The notes beneath the pieces are model-generated. The model did not search any database and was not told the origin of the DNA. It worked only from the letters and a program-made list of their open reading frames with translations. Below, in pieces: positions 63,901-64,000 of a DNA stretch of 64,000 bases. Numbering within the stretch: the first letter of the stretch is position 1; every line of letters begins with the position of its first letter. The translations under genes and the position numbers were made by a program. The stretch lies in NCBI RefSeq assembly GCF_001194135.2, contig NC_068982.1:93240689-93304688 (forward strand), given 5' to 3'. This DNA comes from Octopus bimaculoides (lineage: Eukaryota).

Positions 63901-64000
63901 CCGTAATGGAAGCAATCAACATTGGATAAATCGATAAATCAACATTCAATAAATAGAGTCACCATCATCACGGTAGAAAAGATTTTTACAATTCAGGTCG

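Overview
AT-rich, repeat-dense eukaryotic DNA from a draft assembly with nine N-gaps, most of them next to microsatellites, usually (TA)n. The SINE families and microsatellite load point to a coleoid cephalopod, most likely Octopus; this is inferred from recognising repeat sequences, not from a search. No intact protein-coding gene is supported, and most ORFs in the track are microsatellite, gap or antisense artefacts. The window holds decayed R4/Dong-like RLE LINEs, CR1/Jockey-type LINE pieces, four tRNA-SINE families, mariner copies, Gypsy gag/protease remnants, several MITEs, a 5S rRNA pseudogene and Penelope-like element (PLE) pieces. The most interesting observations are: (1) a 979-bp PLE remnant with a GIY-YIG domain between two inverted pseudo-LTRs, each carrying a minimal hammerhead-ribozyme motif; (2) several more minimal hammerhead-like motifs across the window, two with a CUGUNGA (A6U) core; (3) an apparently perfect 324-bp inverted duplication at 45544-46225; (4) a Merlin-like MITE with an 8-bp TSD and internal telomeric repeats that splits an RT exactly before YADD; (5) a mariner derivative made of two inverted 5' ends; (6) weak candidate minus-strand exons. 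All alignments and folds were done by eye.
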